64,000 nt of DNA from Eledone cirrhosa (lineage: Eukaryota): positions 388,554,001-388,618,000 of the forward strand of contig OZ024741.1 in the NCBI GenBank assembly GCA_964016885.1, read 5' to 3'. Positions 23,411-34,660 of the stretch are shown piece by piece; position 1 is the stretch's first letter; the number at the start of each line of letters is the position of its first letter. The notes below the pieces were generated by a model. That model had not been told where the DNA came from. It made no database searches and saw only the letters and a program-made list of their open reading frames with translations. The position numbers and the translations under genes were made by a program.

Positions 23411-23830
23411 CATCACATCATCATCATCATCACCGTTTTACGTCCGTTCTTCCACGCTAGCATGGGTTAGACGGGTTGTCCTGTTGTGGGCAGTGTCTGG
23501 TCGGCTGACCATGCCTTGCTCATACAGGAACTGATCTGGCTTGATTTCTACAGCTGGATGCCCTTCCTAACACCAACCTCATTTACAGTGAGTGCTGGGT
23601 GCTTTTTCGTGGCGCCTACACGTCCACTTTACAGTGTGGGCTGGGTGCTTTTTTGCCGTGGCACCACCACGACCACCTTGCGGTGGGGGGGGGGGGGCAT
23701 ATTGTTTATATGCTTCAGCATGTACCCATGGGAGGTCGGGTACCCTGTATTACTGCGTGACGCCAGAAGTCACGGTCGTGTGTCATTGACTTTGAGAGGT
23801 GTAGTTGGGTAAGGTCGGCTTTTATCACCT
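23411..23830 (-). mobile_element. RTE 3' UTR/tail fragment
   Basis: (CAT)n-CGTTTTACGTCCG...GCATGGGTTAGACG...CTGGATGCCCTTCCTAACACC. A shorter copy lies at 22343-22462. Confidence 0.75.
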
Positions 23831-23916
23831 CATATGGATGAAACAGGTTTGAAACAGGTTATACCATTACTCACTAGAGTATTCAATACTTGGAGTAATA
23901 GAGTGTGGTTTTATGA

Positions 23917-24024
23917 TAAAGAGTTGGGACCCCAATGGCTGAGCTCTTGCCATTTCAACAGTTAGTTTCAGTCTGGAACTTGCTGTTGAAACAGCAAGAG
24001 CTTAGCCATGGGGGTCTCTTCTCT

Positions 24025-24028
<4 letters not shown>
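23917..24028. mobile_element. ~110-bp palindromic MITE
   Basis: ATAAAGAG..GACCCC-ATGGCTGAGCTCTTGC...GCAAGAGCTTAGCCAT-GGGGTC..CTCTTTAT. Half copies at ~1200-1250 and ~4490-4545. Confidence 0.7.
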
Positions 24029-24056
<28 letters not shown>

Positions 24057-24399
24057 AACAAAATTAATTTGAACATTGAGTTTTGAAACACAAATGTATT
24101 AGAAATCATAGGAAAATATAAAAACTTGGCGTAAGGAAGCTGTTAAAACAGCAAAATGCTGTTGAAATGGCGTTGACTAAAACATTACCTCGAAGGATAG
24201 AAATCAGCAGCTAGAAGTGAGTTGGCTCAAAGAATTGATAGGAGAAGGGAAAAGAATGGATGAGAGGAGGGTTTGTATGTATTTATGGGTTTTATATTGA
24301 ATAATAATAATAATATTTGATTCATTTGCAAGCAAACTGCCGATGTATACTTTAGAAAATACTATATAGAGAAGTACATCGTCTTGACAAAGGCAATGA

Positions 24400-25215
24400 C
24401 CTAGAAACATGTTGGCTGTTGAACAAATGGATGATGATGGTCATCAAAAACAAAACATAGCAATTAGCATGAAAGCGGGAGCAGAAACCTCTGCATGGCA
24501 AATATTTGATCCGTAGCAAACAATCTGATGTTGGCCAAAAGCACACCTATCAGTGGCTACGTAGCTCAGGGCTAAAAGTAGAGAGTAAAGGCTTCATCTT
24601 AGCTTCCCAAGATCAAAGTTTACTGACACAGAATTACCATGCGAAATGGAATAAATCTAAAGTGCCGATCCTGCAATGTTTCTGGATGTAAAGTTTTAGC
24701 TTCATTAGAGTACAAATATAGACATGACAGAGTTGGCCAATATCTACACTGGGTAATATGTCGGCATTATAAAATCAAAGCTGCTGACAAAGTGGTACAA
24801 TCATCACCCTGAGGCTGTAACTGAAGGAGAAAAAGTAACAATTCTTTAGGACTTTCCTGTACATACAGACAGGACCATAAAAGCAAATAGACCTGACATC
24901 ATTGTAAAAACCAACATAGCAAGGTCTGTTTATTGATTGATATGAGCATCCCATATGATCACAATATCGCGGCAAAAGAATTCGACAAGCTAAGAAAATA
25001 TAAAGATCTGCTTATTGAAATCGAAAAAATGTGGCACCTCAAGGCCGTTACAATACCAGTAATTGCAGGAGCACTGTGAATGATCAAGAAAGGAACAGAT
25101 CAGTATTTGAGAATGATTCCTGGCTTACCCTCTCTGCAAGAGGTGCAAAAAATTGTTTTGACTGGTACTGCATACGAATTGAGAAAAGCACTATCTCTGT
25201 AAGAATATCCCTCTC
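24400..25215 (+). mobile_element. R4/Dong-type (restriction-like endonuclease) non-LTR 3' fragment
   Basis: WLRSSGLKVESKGFILASQDQSL, RHD..LHW, ANRPDIIV, KYKDL and [13 protein letters not shown] motifs with frameshifts. Confidence 0.85.
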
Positions 25216-25318
25216 TGTATGTATGTGTGTGTATGTGAGTGTGTTGGTGTGTGTGTTGGTCTGTGTGTGTGTGTGCGTGCATGGATATCTTTTATTTATA
25301 TGTATGTATATGTATGTG

Positions 25319-25364
<46 letters not shown>

Positions 25365-25510
25365 GATGTGTATATGGGTGTATGTATGTGTATGCTTGTG
25401 TGAGTATATATATATATATGTACATGTGTGTGTATATATATATGTGTATGTATTTGTATGTGTATATGTATATGTGTATGTATATGTATGTGTGTATATA
25501 TGTATATATA

Positions 25511-25850
25511 TCATTTTCATTTCATTTTACATCCGCTTTTTCAATGCTTGCAAGGGTGGGATGGGAACTGATGCTGGCTTGATTTCTACAGCTGGATGCC
25601 CTTCCTAACACCAACCTCATTTACAGTGAGTGCTGGGTGCTTTTTTGCCGTGGCACCTCCACGACCACTTTACAGTGGAATGATAGGGACACCAGTCCCT
25701 ATCATCTCATTTCTACAGCTGAGTAAACTGGAGCAATGTGAAATAAAGTGCCTTGCTCAAGGAAACAACACATCACCCGGTCTGAGAATTGAACTCACAA
25801 CCTTTCGATTGCAAGGCCAATGCTCTAACCACTAAGCCATGTGCCTCCAT
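25511..25850 (-). mobile_element. tRNA-derived SINE with RTE-derived tail (same family as 1888-2198)
   Basis: Near-identical spurious ORFs at 1969 and 25596. This copy carries an extra part-unit of the 48-bp repeat. Confidence 0.8.
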
Positions 25851-25885
25851 GTGTGTATATATATATACACATATATATATATATA

Positions 25886-27866
25886 TCATCATCATGATCA
25901 TCGTTTAACGTCCATATTCCACGCTTGCATGGGTTTGGACGGGGGTTTTCCCACTTGAGGCAAGAGTGGTTATCTTGCTCGCATAGGACTGTCTGGCAGG
26001 TTTTCTACGGCTGGATGCCCTTCCTAACACCAACCACATTTACAGTGTGGGACTGGGAGGTTTTTACCATGTTGCCTTTTGATTCTAGGCCATGCTTCCA
26101 TGTTTGGAATTTCTTCTCTAGTTCAGCCATTGATTCAGCTATGAGCGTTAGATCATCTGCATATAGGAGTTCCCATGAGCAGCTGGTCTTGAACTCTTGA
26201 ACTCTTTACCCTTGTAGCAGTTAATGATGATGCTGCTGCGCCAGTCCTTCGGAACGACCTCATTCTGTATGACTTGGTTTACTATCCGGCTGACCATAGT
26301 GTGTCCCACCGTTCCAGATGCTTTCAGCATTTCGGCAACTATTTCCGAAGGCCCGGCTGCCTTGCCCATCTTCATGTCTTTGATCGCCTTACTTATTATA
26401 CTACCTTCAACTTGCACTGCTGGTCCCTCTATTGGGTCGATGTGGGGGAGACTGTCTTTCTCCCAATTATTCTCCTCATTTAGTAGCCTTTCGTAGTGAC
26501 ACTTCCAAGCTACCTTCTTATCAGCGTCAGTGATGGCAAGTACACCATCATCATTTAGGACACACTTCTCCCCGACAATATCACTGTTTTCCTTTACACA
26601 TTGCCTAGCAATCCTGAACACCTCACGTTTTTGGTCCTCGCGTTGTAGAACATGCTTGAACTTTCTTTCCTCTGCTTCCCTTCTTGCGAAGTACACTTGT
26701 CTCCTAGCTTCCCTCCTGGCCACGTGATAGTCTTCTCTACTTCCCCCATCCTGCCATGCTTTCCAAGACTGCTTTTTGGCTTCGATTGACCTCTCCACCT
26801 TACTGTTCCACCACCAAGTTACTCTCCTCCTGCCTATAAGCCTGCTCCAGCCACAGGTTTCATCTGTCGCCTTCAGCAGGTTAGCTTTCAGGAATTCCCA
26901 CTGTTCCTCTATATTGTACGACTCTAATTGCTCTTCCTTACTATCAAAAGCATCAAGTAATATGCTTTTAAATTTATGACTGGCTGTGGGGTCCTTTAAC
27001 TTCCATATTTTTCTCCTGAGGATAATCCTCTTCTGTTGTCGAATACGTCTCGTCCTGACTATGAGGTCGCTAATTATGAGTCTATGTTGAGACGTGCATT
27101 CTTCATGGGGAAGGGATTTAGTGTTTACAACAGACACTCTGTCACGTCTCCTGGTAAGGATATAATCTACCTGGCTTGTGTGTTCCCCCAATCTATAGGT
27201 GATCAGGTGATTGTCTCGTTTTTTGAAGTTAGTGTTACAGATAGTTAGGTTATTTGCGTCACAGAATTCCAGGATTCTGGAGCCTTCCTCATTTCTAGTA
27301 CCAAACCCATAGCCTCCATGGATTCCGTCATAGCCGTCACAATGTTATCCAACATGACCATTTAGGTCGCCTGCAATAATTATATAGTCACTGTCGGTTA
27401 TTTGGGAGGTAGTGAGCATCAGTGTCTCATAGAATCTGTCTTTTATAGTGCCGGGCAGTCCGGATTGGGGTGCGTACGCAGATATTACTGTCACCGTAGT
27501 TCTATTGAGGACAAGTCTTATTTTAATTATTCTGTCGTTCACTCTATTTACGTCTATTATCTTATCTGCCCACTTTTCTGCTACCATGATTCCTACTCCA
27601 CCCAGCCCATTGTCATTTCCCACCCAGAAAAGCTTATAGCATCGTTCTTTACCCACGATGAATCTAGCAGACCCACCCCTCCACCTGGTCTCTTGAATAC
27701 AACAAAAATCGACCTCCTTACGTTCAAGCATTTCTACAACCTCGTTAGAGCGACCCTTTAAGGTGCCTACATTCATGGTACCAACTCCGAAGTTTTGGAT
27801 TGAGTTTGGATGGTGGGAGCAGCCGAAACAAAGAGGAGGAGTGCTTGCATTCTCGTCCACGAGGTG
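25886..27866 (-). mobile_element. RTE-clade LINE with APE endonuclease and two internal deletions
   Basis: MNVGTL, IQETRW, SAYAPQ, GDLNGHVG, QVDYIL, SQHRL, WWWN and KAAGPS motifs. The sequence then jumps from NCYKGK to the YADD region (~26200) and from there to the 3' UTR (~26075). Confidence 0.95.
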
Positions 27867-28028
27867 AATATATATATATATATATATATTTCTTTAGGTT
27901 TGTTGGTTCACCACTGGATAGAATTGGTCATTCCGTATGGTCAATCTTGGTGTGGAGAGTACTCAACGTAGTGCAGTTCACCCGTCTTCATTTGTGTAGT
28001 TGGTGGTGCGCAAAACGGAGTTAATTAT

Positions 28029-28439
28029 AAATAAAGTAACAGGAGGCTGGACTGGTGTAAATCCTTGAAAGGTTTATTATACCATGATCATTTCAATGAC
28101 CGGGTTCCATATGAATCCGGTGATATCATCAGGTATTCAAAATATAACAAAGGAATATGTAAAAACCATGGGTCCGAAAAATCAGAGACAGAGAGGACGA
28201 CTGACCAACTAGCTGCTTTCACCTCGGCCAGTTTGAGGGCGACTGGCCAAGGTGAAAGCAGCTAGTTGGTCAGTCGTCCTCTCTGTCTCTGATTTTTCGG
28301 ACCCATGGCTTTTACATATTCCTTTGTTATATTTTGAATACCTGATGATATCACCGGATTCATATGGAACCCGGTCATTGAAATGATCATGGTATAATAA
28401 ACCTTTCAAGGATTTACACCCGTCCAGCCTCCTGTTACT

Positions 28440-28445
<6 letters not shown>
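28029..28445. repeat. Near-perfect 417-bp palindrome (~204-bp arms, ~9-nt loop at 28237)
   Basis: Mirror ORFs 28065+ and 28209-. About three mismatches seen between the arms. Confidence 0.95.
28338..28395 (+). ncRNA. Hammerhead-like motif in palindrome arm (mirror copy 28079-28136, minus strand)
   Basis: ATAC-CTGATGA-TATCACCGG...CCGGTCATT-GAAA-T-GATC-A-TG-GTAT. Palindromic loop TGATCA. The triplet AUG breaks the NUH rule. Confidence 0.6.
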
Positions 28446-28500
<55 letters not shown>

Positions 28501-28659
28501 TTTAAAGCTGTAAATTATAATCAATGCGGTCTGTTAACTGGCTTACCAATGTATACAGTGAGTGTATTTGCCCTAGGTGTCAGGAAGACACTTGACATAT
28601 ATCAGACACAATACTGAAGGAAAAGGAAAAACAATATAATAATAATAATAATAATAATA

Positions 28660-29300
28660 TGCTACAAACATGAAGAAATGGTAGATCATGTTATCTCCGG
28701 GTGTCCAGAGCTGGCAAAAACTGACTATATAGAAAGACACACATTGCCAAATATGTTCACTGGATACTCTGCCGCTCTCATGACATCCAAACTTCTAACA
28801 AATGGTATGAACATCAACCAAAAACAGTCATGGAAAAGAGCAACATCTCCATCCTGTGATAACCGACTGAGAAATTGCTGCCAACAGACCAGATACCATC
28901 ATAAAAAACAAAACAGATCAGACATGTAGTCTTATAGATATTTCCGTACCAGCTGACAAGAATAAATCTATAAAAACAATGGAAAACTGTCAAAATAGAA
29001 AGACCTGGAAATAGAGATCAACCGCATGTGGAGGATGACCAGAAACACTATCCCTGGGGTAATAGGAGCATTAGGATTAATACCCAAATCATCAGACCTG
29101 TACCTTAGTGTCCTTCCCAGCAAGATCAGCAAATATGAGCTACAGAAGATGAGGCTACTAGGAACAGCACACATTCTCAATAGATGTTTTCATAGTAAAG
29201 AGAGATGTTTACTATGAAAACCTCTATTGCCCTAGATTCAAGGCCTGAACCCGGCAATAGAGAAACAGAACTGAGCTGAACGGAATAACACAACAATAAT
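28660..29300 (+). mobile_element. R4/Dong-type non-LTR 3' fragment between (AAT)n tracts
   Basis: DHVISGCPELAKTDYIERH, NRPD, VIGALG and LLGTAHIL motifs. Confidence 0.8.
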
Positions 29301-29304
29301 AATA

Positions 29305-29600
29305 ATTGTTTCTACTTTTGGCCAGCTATTACCCCAGTGTATTACTGGTACTTTACACAACAATAATAATAATAATAATTGTTTCTAGTTTAGGCACAAG
29401 GCCAGCAATTTGAAGAGGAGGGAAAAGTTGATTAAATTGACCCCAGTATGTTACTGGTGCTTTATTTTATCGACCTCATAAGGATGAAAAGTAAAGCTAA
29501 CCTCGGCATGATTTGAACTCAGACTGTAAAGGGACGTAACTCTATGCTTCAAAGCATGGTGTTCGATGCTCTACTGATACTACCAGTCTACCATCCTTCT
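29305..29600 (-). mobile_element. SINE (Meta-domain-like family) plus a partial tail
   Basis: Same family as 13831-14260. Further copies at ~33440, 36065, 36590, 39380, 41310-41590 and 41678-41840. Confidence 0.8.
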
Positions 29601-30184
29601 TTCTTTCTTTTTCCTTCTTTTCATTTCATTTTATCTCATTAATGTAAATTTTTTTTTTCTTCCCACTCTCTATACTATTATTACCATGTGGTGCATTTGG
29701 GCTGTTAACCCTCTCTGTTCTTTTTGTTGTTTATTCTCTATGTAAGCTTTTAGCAACACATCTCTCTATCACTCACTCAGACAGTGCTAAAGTTGAGATA
29801 TACATCTAATAAGCAAAGTAATTCAACTTTTGGCAACACTTCTCTCAGCAAACTCCGGATCCCTCCCACCTACCCCATCTCACTACTATGCGCCTCTGGT
29901 AGACCAATGAGGTACCATGAATAATAATAGCCTTATCCTTCAACCAATGGAATAATATGATAGACCAACACCAGAGAGAGAGGTCTTAAATAGCTTACTA
30001 TGGCTAAGATGCTGCTGAAATGAAAACAAGTTAGACATCTGAGGGCACTGGGGGGACAGCAGACACAGGAACAGCCTTGCTGAGGCTAACTACGTATATG
30101 AAAATAATAGTGGTGGTGGTAATGATGGTGGTGGTGGTTATGATGGGCCGGATGGTGATGGTGTTAGTGGTGGTAATAATAACA

Positions 30185-33100
30185 ATAATTGGTCAAGTCA
30201 TCAGTGACTAAACCAGCAACCCAAACAAGCTTGCTTGGTGAGAAGGGTGGTGTTTGGACACCCTGTAGGATGAAAAGCAAAACCCATTAAAGGGTGGAGG
30301 AACTCAGGAGAGTCAATGACCATCCAAAAATTTGTAAAATCTCCAGCTGTGGACTACAAAATAATGGATTGGTGACCAGTACAGGATAGGCCACTTTTAA
30401 GGTTTGAGGGTCCCTTAAAGTCGTTTACGTCACTGTCTAGAGATGGTGTCTCAAAACAAAAAACACTGATCATAATGGAACCTTAAAACCACTAACCTCA
30501 ACGAGTGAAATGAATGAAAGCATTTGTTTACACAAAGACGTGAATGGTGCTGGAGTTACTAGTGAAGTGGAGCATGGAGGTAAAGAAGCCTGTTATGGAG
30601 TGTTATTTTAGAAGCAGGCCTGTGAATGAAATTAGGGTGCCAATTAGAGGATATGGACAAAGGATGTTATGAGTATGGCAAGAGATGAGGCTCTTTGAAT
30701 TAACTGAACAGAGGATTTGTGATCAGGCAAGGGCAATATGCAAAAACTGATGGCTATCTGAGATTGAGATTGAAATGATAAAGGAAAAGATAAGCCAAGA
30801 GGGTATGGAGGATATAGAAGCTCAGGACGTTGGTGATTCAAATAGAGATGAGAGTATGGAAAATGATAGAATCCAACAGGAAGAGGAGGAACTGAATATT
30901 TGAGATGATGCAGGAGAGGAGACTGCGATGGTATGGACATGTGATGCGCATGGAGGATGACCGATGGGTGAAGAAGTACCAAGAAATGCCAGTTGAAGGA
31001 AGACGTAGTAGAGGAAGACCACGAAAAACATGGGCGGAGGTGGTGAGAGCAGACCGCAGATCGCTGAAGCTCACGGTGGAGATGATGAAGGACCGTGACA
31101 AGTGGAGAGATGCTATGCTGAATAGGACCCGTCCCACCCTTGCAAGCAGGGAAAAGTGGACGTAAAATGATGATAATGATGCAGAATGTTACCTTAAGAT
31201 TGATAAACTGAAGGACATATCAGAGAAAGACAGACAGATGATTGCTGATATATTGGAGATCTCTAGATCAGGAGGCAGTAATCCAAAAAATTTAAAAACC
31301 AAACCAAAGTCCGCTAAAAAAAATAACTAACTAAGTAAACAACATCCTTGACATAGTGCCAACTAGAACCAACACAGAAACCAATAATCTAAGAAGTGCT
31401 GCAAGTATCTAACTTGCTAAAGAGTTAAGTCTGAAACAGACTACACAAAAGCAGATCAAGGAACCATGGTGGACTAGAATTGAAGGGGACATCAAAATGC
31501 TTAGGAAAGATATTAATATTCTGGAAAGGAAAAAACGAGGTGAATTAAAAAAAAAGCGGAAAGATTGAACAACTTACATGGAAGTACAATATCAGGAGAA
31601 AGAAGATTACTATGGTAATTGAGGAGCTGAAAAAAAAAGTTACTTGCCAAAGCTGCAAAGATTAAGAGGTATGAACAACGGATCACATGTTATAAACAGA
31701 ATGTATGTTTCCAACAAAATCAGAAGAGATTCTATCATGTAATCCCTGGTGTGGATGAAAGTAAGAAGTTTTGGAGTGATATCTGGAGCGTAGGAAAAGA
31801 GCACAATAGAAGTGTGGAGTGGCTGACTAACATCACAAATGACATTGAAGATAATCAACAAGGAGAATTGGAGATAACAACTGATATGGTAACTATCCAG
31901 TGTAGAAAGATGCCAAATTGGAAAGGTTGTGAGTTTAAGATAAACCATCTGCTGTTCATGGATGACCTAAAACTTTATGGGAAATCCTATGAACATACTG
32001 ATTCCCTTGTACAGACTGTTCATACATTCAGTATGGACATAGGAATGGAATTTGGTATAAAAAAGTGTGGGGTGCTACTACTGAAGTGAGGTAGATGGAC
32101 AAATTATGAAGGGAATTGATGACATTGGGTATAAGTACTTAAGCACCCTGGAAACTAACCAAATGAAAGAGAAGGAAATGAGAGAACTATTATCAAAGGA
32201 TTATAAATGGAGACTGAAGTTGGTGTTAAAGATGAAGTTAAGTGGTAGGAATAAGATACTGGCTATCAACACATGGGCTACTGCAGGGCTACGGTTAAGC
32301 GCTGGTGTGATTGAGTGGAGATGTGATGAATTTAAGGAGCTTGATAGAAAGACCAGGAATATGATGACACTACAAGGGGCTCTATACCCTAAAAGTGACA
32401 TGGACAGGTAGTATCTATCACGGCAGAGAGGAGCAAGAGTCTCATTAGCCGTGAAATGTATGTGAAGTCAAAGGAAAATAATCTGGCATGGTAAGTAAAG
32501 ACTTCAAAGGAGAGATTGATGGCAGGAGTAAGAAAGATAAAAGTCCTAAACAGTGATGAAGCAAAGGAAAGGGGAGAATTTAAACAAGATAGACAAAATG
32601 ACACATTGAATAGATGGAAGAAAAAAAAGATCTATGGTCACTTCGTACGTGAAATGCCTGAGACAGTTGACAAAGATAGGAACTGGGAATAAACTAGGAA
32701 AAGTGACTTAAAAGTTGAAACTGAGGCCCTTATTTTTGCAGTCCAGGAACAGGCACTGAGAACGAACTATATCAAGTCCAATATTGACAAGTCAGTGAAT
32801 TCCCCACATTGTGGACTGTGTGGTGAGAAAAGTGAGACAATAAACCACATTATTACTGAATGTAAGATGCTTGCTCAGAAAGAATACAAGAGAAGGCATG
32901 ACAATATTGTCAGATTGGTTCATTGGAAGCTCTGTCATGTGTATGACATCAGCAGAAGTAAGAAATGGTATGAACACCAACCAGAAAGGGTGCCTGAAAA
33001 TGAACAGTATAAGATCTTGTAGGACATGACTAACCAGCGTGACCATTTTATCGTGGCTAGAAAGCCTGGCATTGTTGTCACAGAAAAGAATAATAACAAA

Positions 33101-33400
33101 GCATGTATTATGGATATTGCTTCACTGTGGGACCACAGGGTGAATGAGAATGGAAGTGAGAAAGTTGAGAAATACCAGGAGCTGCAGAGAGAAATCAGGA
33201 AACTGTGGAGAATCAGACACGTAGAAGTGGTCCTGATTGTGGTTGATGTACTGGGAGCTGTTAGTAAACGTTTGGATGCATGGATTGAGAAGCTAGGAAT
33301 TACCATCAGGGCAGGATTGTTGCAGAAAACAGCCTTGCTAGGAACAACAAGAAGTCTAAGAAGGGTTTGGGAAAGTTGGCAGAGGACTGGTACAGGAATG
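30185..33400 (+). mobile_element. Near full-span decayed R4/Dong-clade retrotransposon with RT deletion
   Basis: 5' end next to an (AAT)n tract. TEQRICDQARAI; PNWK joined to [13 protein letters not shown] (N-terminal RT motifs lost); YKYL; CCHC knuckle CGLC..ETINHIITEC; RRHD; RKPGIVV; KVEKYQEL. Confidence 0.9.
30905..31184 (+). mobile_element. RTE 3' fragment nested in the Dong element, with 9-bp TSD
   Basis: RRLRWYGHV..RGRPRKTW and tail GGACGTAAAATGATG. ATGATGCAG occurs at 30905-30913 and 31176-31184. Confidence 0.85.
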
Positions 33401-33689
33401 GATCGAGTACCAGGTGCATGTCATTGTAGGTTGACAGTTAAGGGTTTACAGGTCATTCTCATAGTAAAGTCTACCAAGGTCAACTTTGTCTTTCTTCCAC
33501 CCGAGATCGATAAAAAAAATGTACCGGCCTAATACTGGGGTCAATTCTTCCTCTCTATATCTCTTTCGCACTTCCACTCCGTCATTCTCTGCCCTTCTCT
33601 GGAAGAAATCTGCTATATTCAGACCTGGGGTGGACATGGGCTCTGTTAGGTTTAGAAATCCCTAGAAACACTGTATCTCAATATGGTGC

Positions 33690-33980
33690 CCCTACAACTT
33701 CCCCAGGAGTTACGGGACCATGCATGCAAAACTTACATAACTCTGGGTATTATGGGAATGGACAACAGGAGAGCCATCATAAACAGCATGGAAGCAGCAG
33801 AGAATGTATCTAAATGGCTGAAGAGATGTGACCAGTTTGGTCAATATTATGTATGCTACTTGGATATAAGCTGAGGCTTGATCAACCTCAGTTGGCTTAC
33901 CTAGACAAGGATATATATTGTAAAACCTGAAATATCCAGTGACTCCAGGATACAAGAGTCATGATGTGTCCAAGGTTTAC
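33690..33980 (+). mobile_element. Possible HERO/NeSL-like non-LTR 3' fragment
   Basis: RRAIINSMEAAENVSKWL resembles the C-terminus of restriction-like-endonuclease elements. Confidence 0.45.
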
Positions 33981-34249
33981 ATCTGTCAATGTAAAGAACT
34001 CAAAGCCACCATTTATCAAAATACTACATGCGTTATTTTTTTTTTTTGTCTATGAGAGAGTTTCAATGCAATCATTCGATCTGCTAGAAATAGCAACCAA
34101 GTCTTCCACACACCATACTCTACCAACTTCAAAAAAGGTGAAGGATACATCAGATAATTGTAACTGAATGAAAGATGATATTATCATAGTTGGAATCCCT
34201 TTAATTATAGGGCCTTTTATCTTTAGCCATATCAGTAATGTATTTGGCT

Positions 34250-34660
34250 ATGTGTACACTCATGAACACAAGTGGTTGAGTTGGGGTTCCTTTGAAGTGT
34301 CTTTGGAGTAACATTACTGAAAAGAGGGTGTAGCTCAGAGGTCATAGAGTCACTCCAAGTAGACATGCTCCTTCTCTGAATTGAGAGATCACAGCTCCAA
34401 TATTACTGGCATTTGGTTAGAATGTCTCAGGAAAGAATCACTGGGCAGATTTTATGGGCAAAACCATTGGCAGGAGACCCAGGGATAGACCCTGAGCAAG
34501 ATGGTTGGATAAAAATCAATGAACTCTGCTGGTCTTGCTTGGGGATGCAGCCAGACCAATTGGAAATGAAAGAGTGTTTGAGGATTCTTCCCCCCCCCCC
34601 CCCCCCCCGACCCCGGACCATCCCAGGAATAAGTGGGCGAAGGAGCGAAGAAGATGTAGA
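34250..34660 (+). mobile_element. Second RTE family (Expander/Rex3-like) 3' fragment
   Basis: HLVRM..RI..GRRPR..W..LGMQPDQLE..LPP motifs. A related fragment lies at 35450-35570 (-). Confidence 0.65.

Noticed and set aside
29770-29850. Hairpin GCTAAAGTTGA/TCAACTTTTGGC as a hammerhead stem II
   Set aside because: Neither core box is recognisable.
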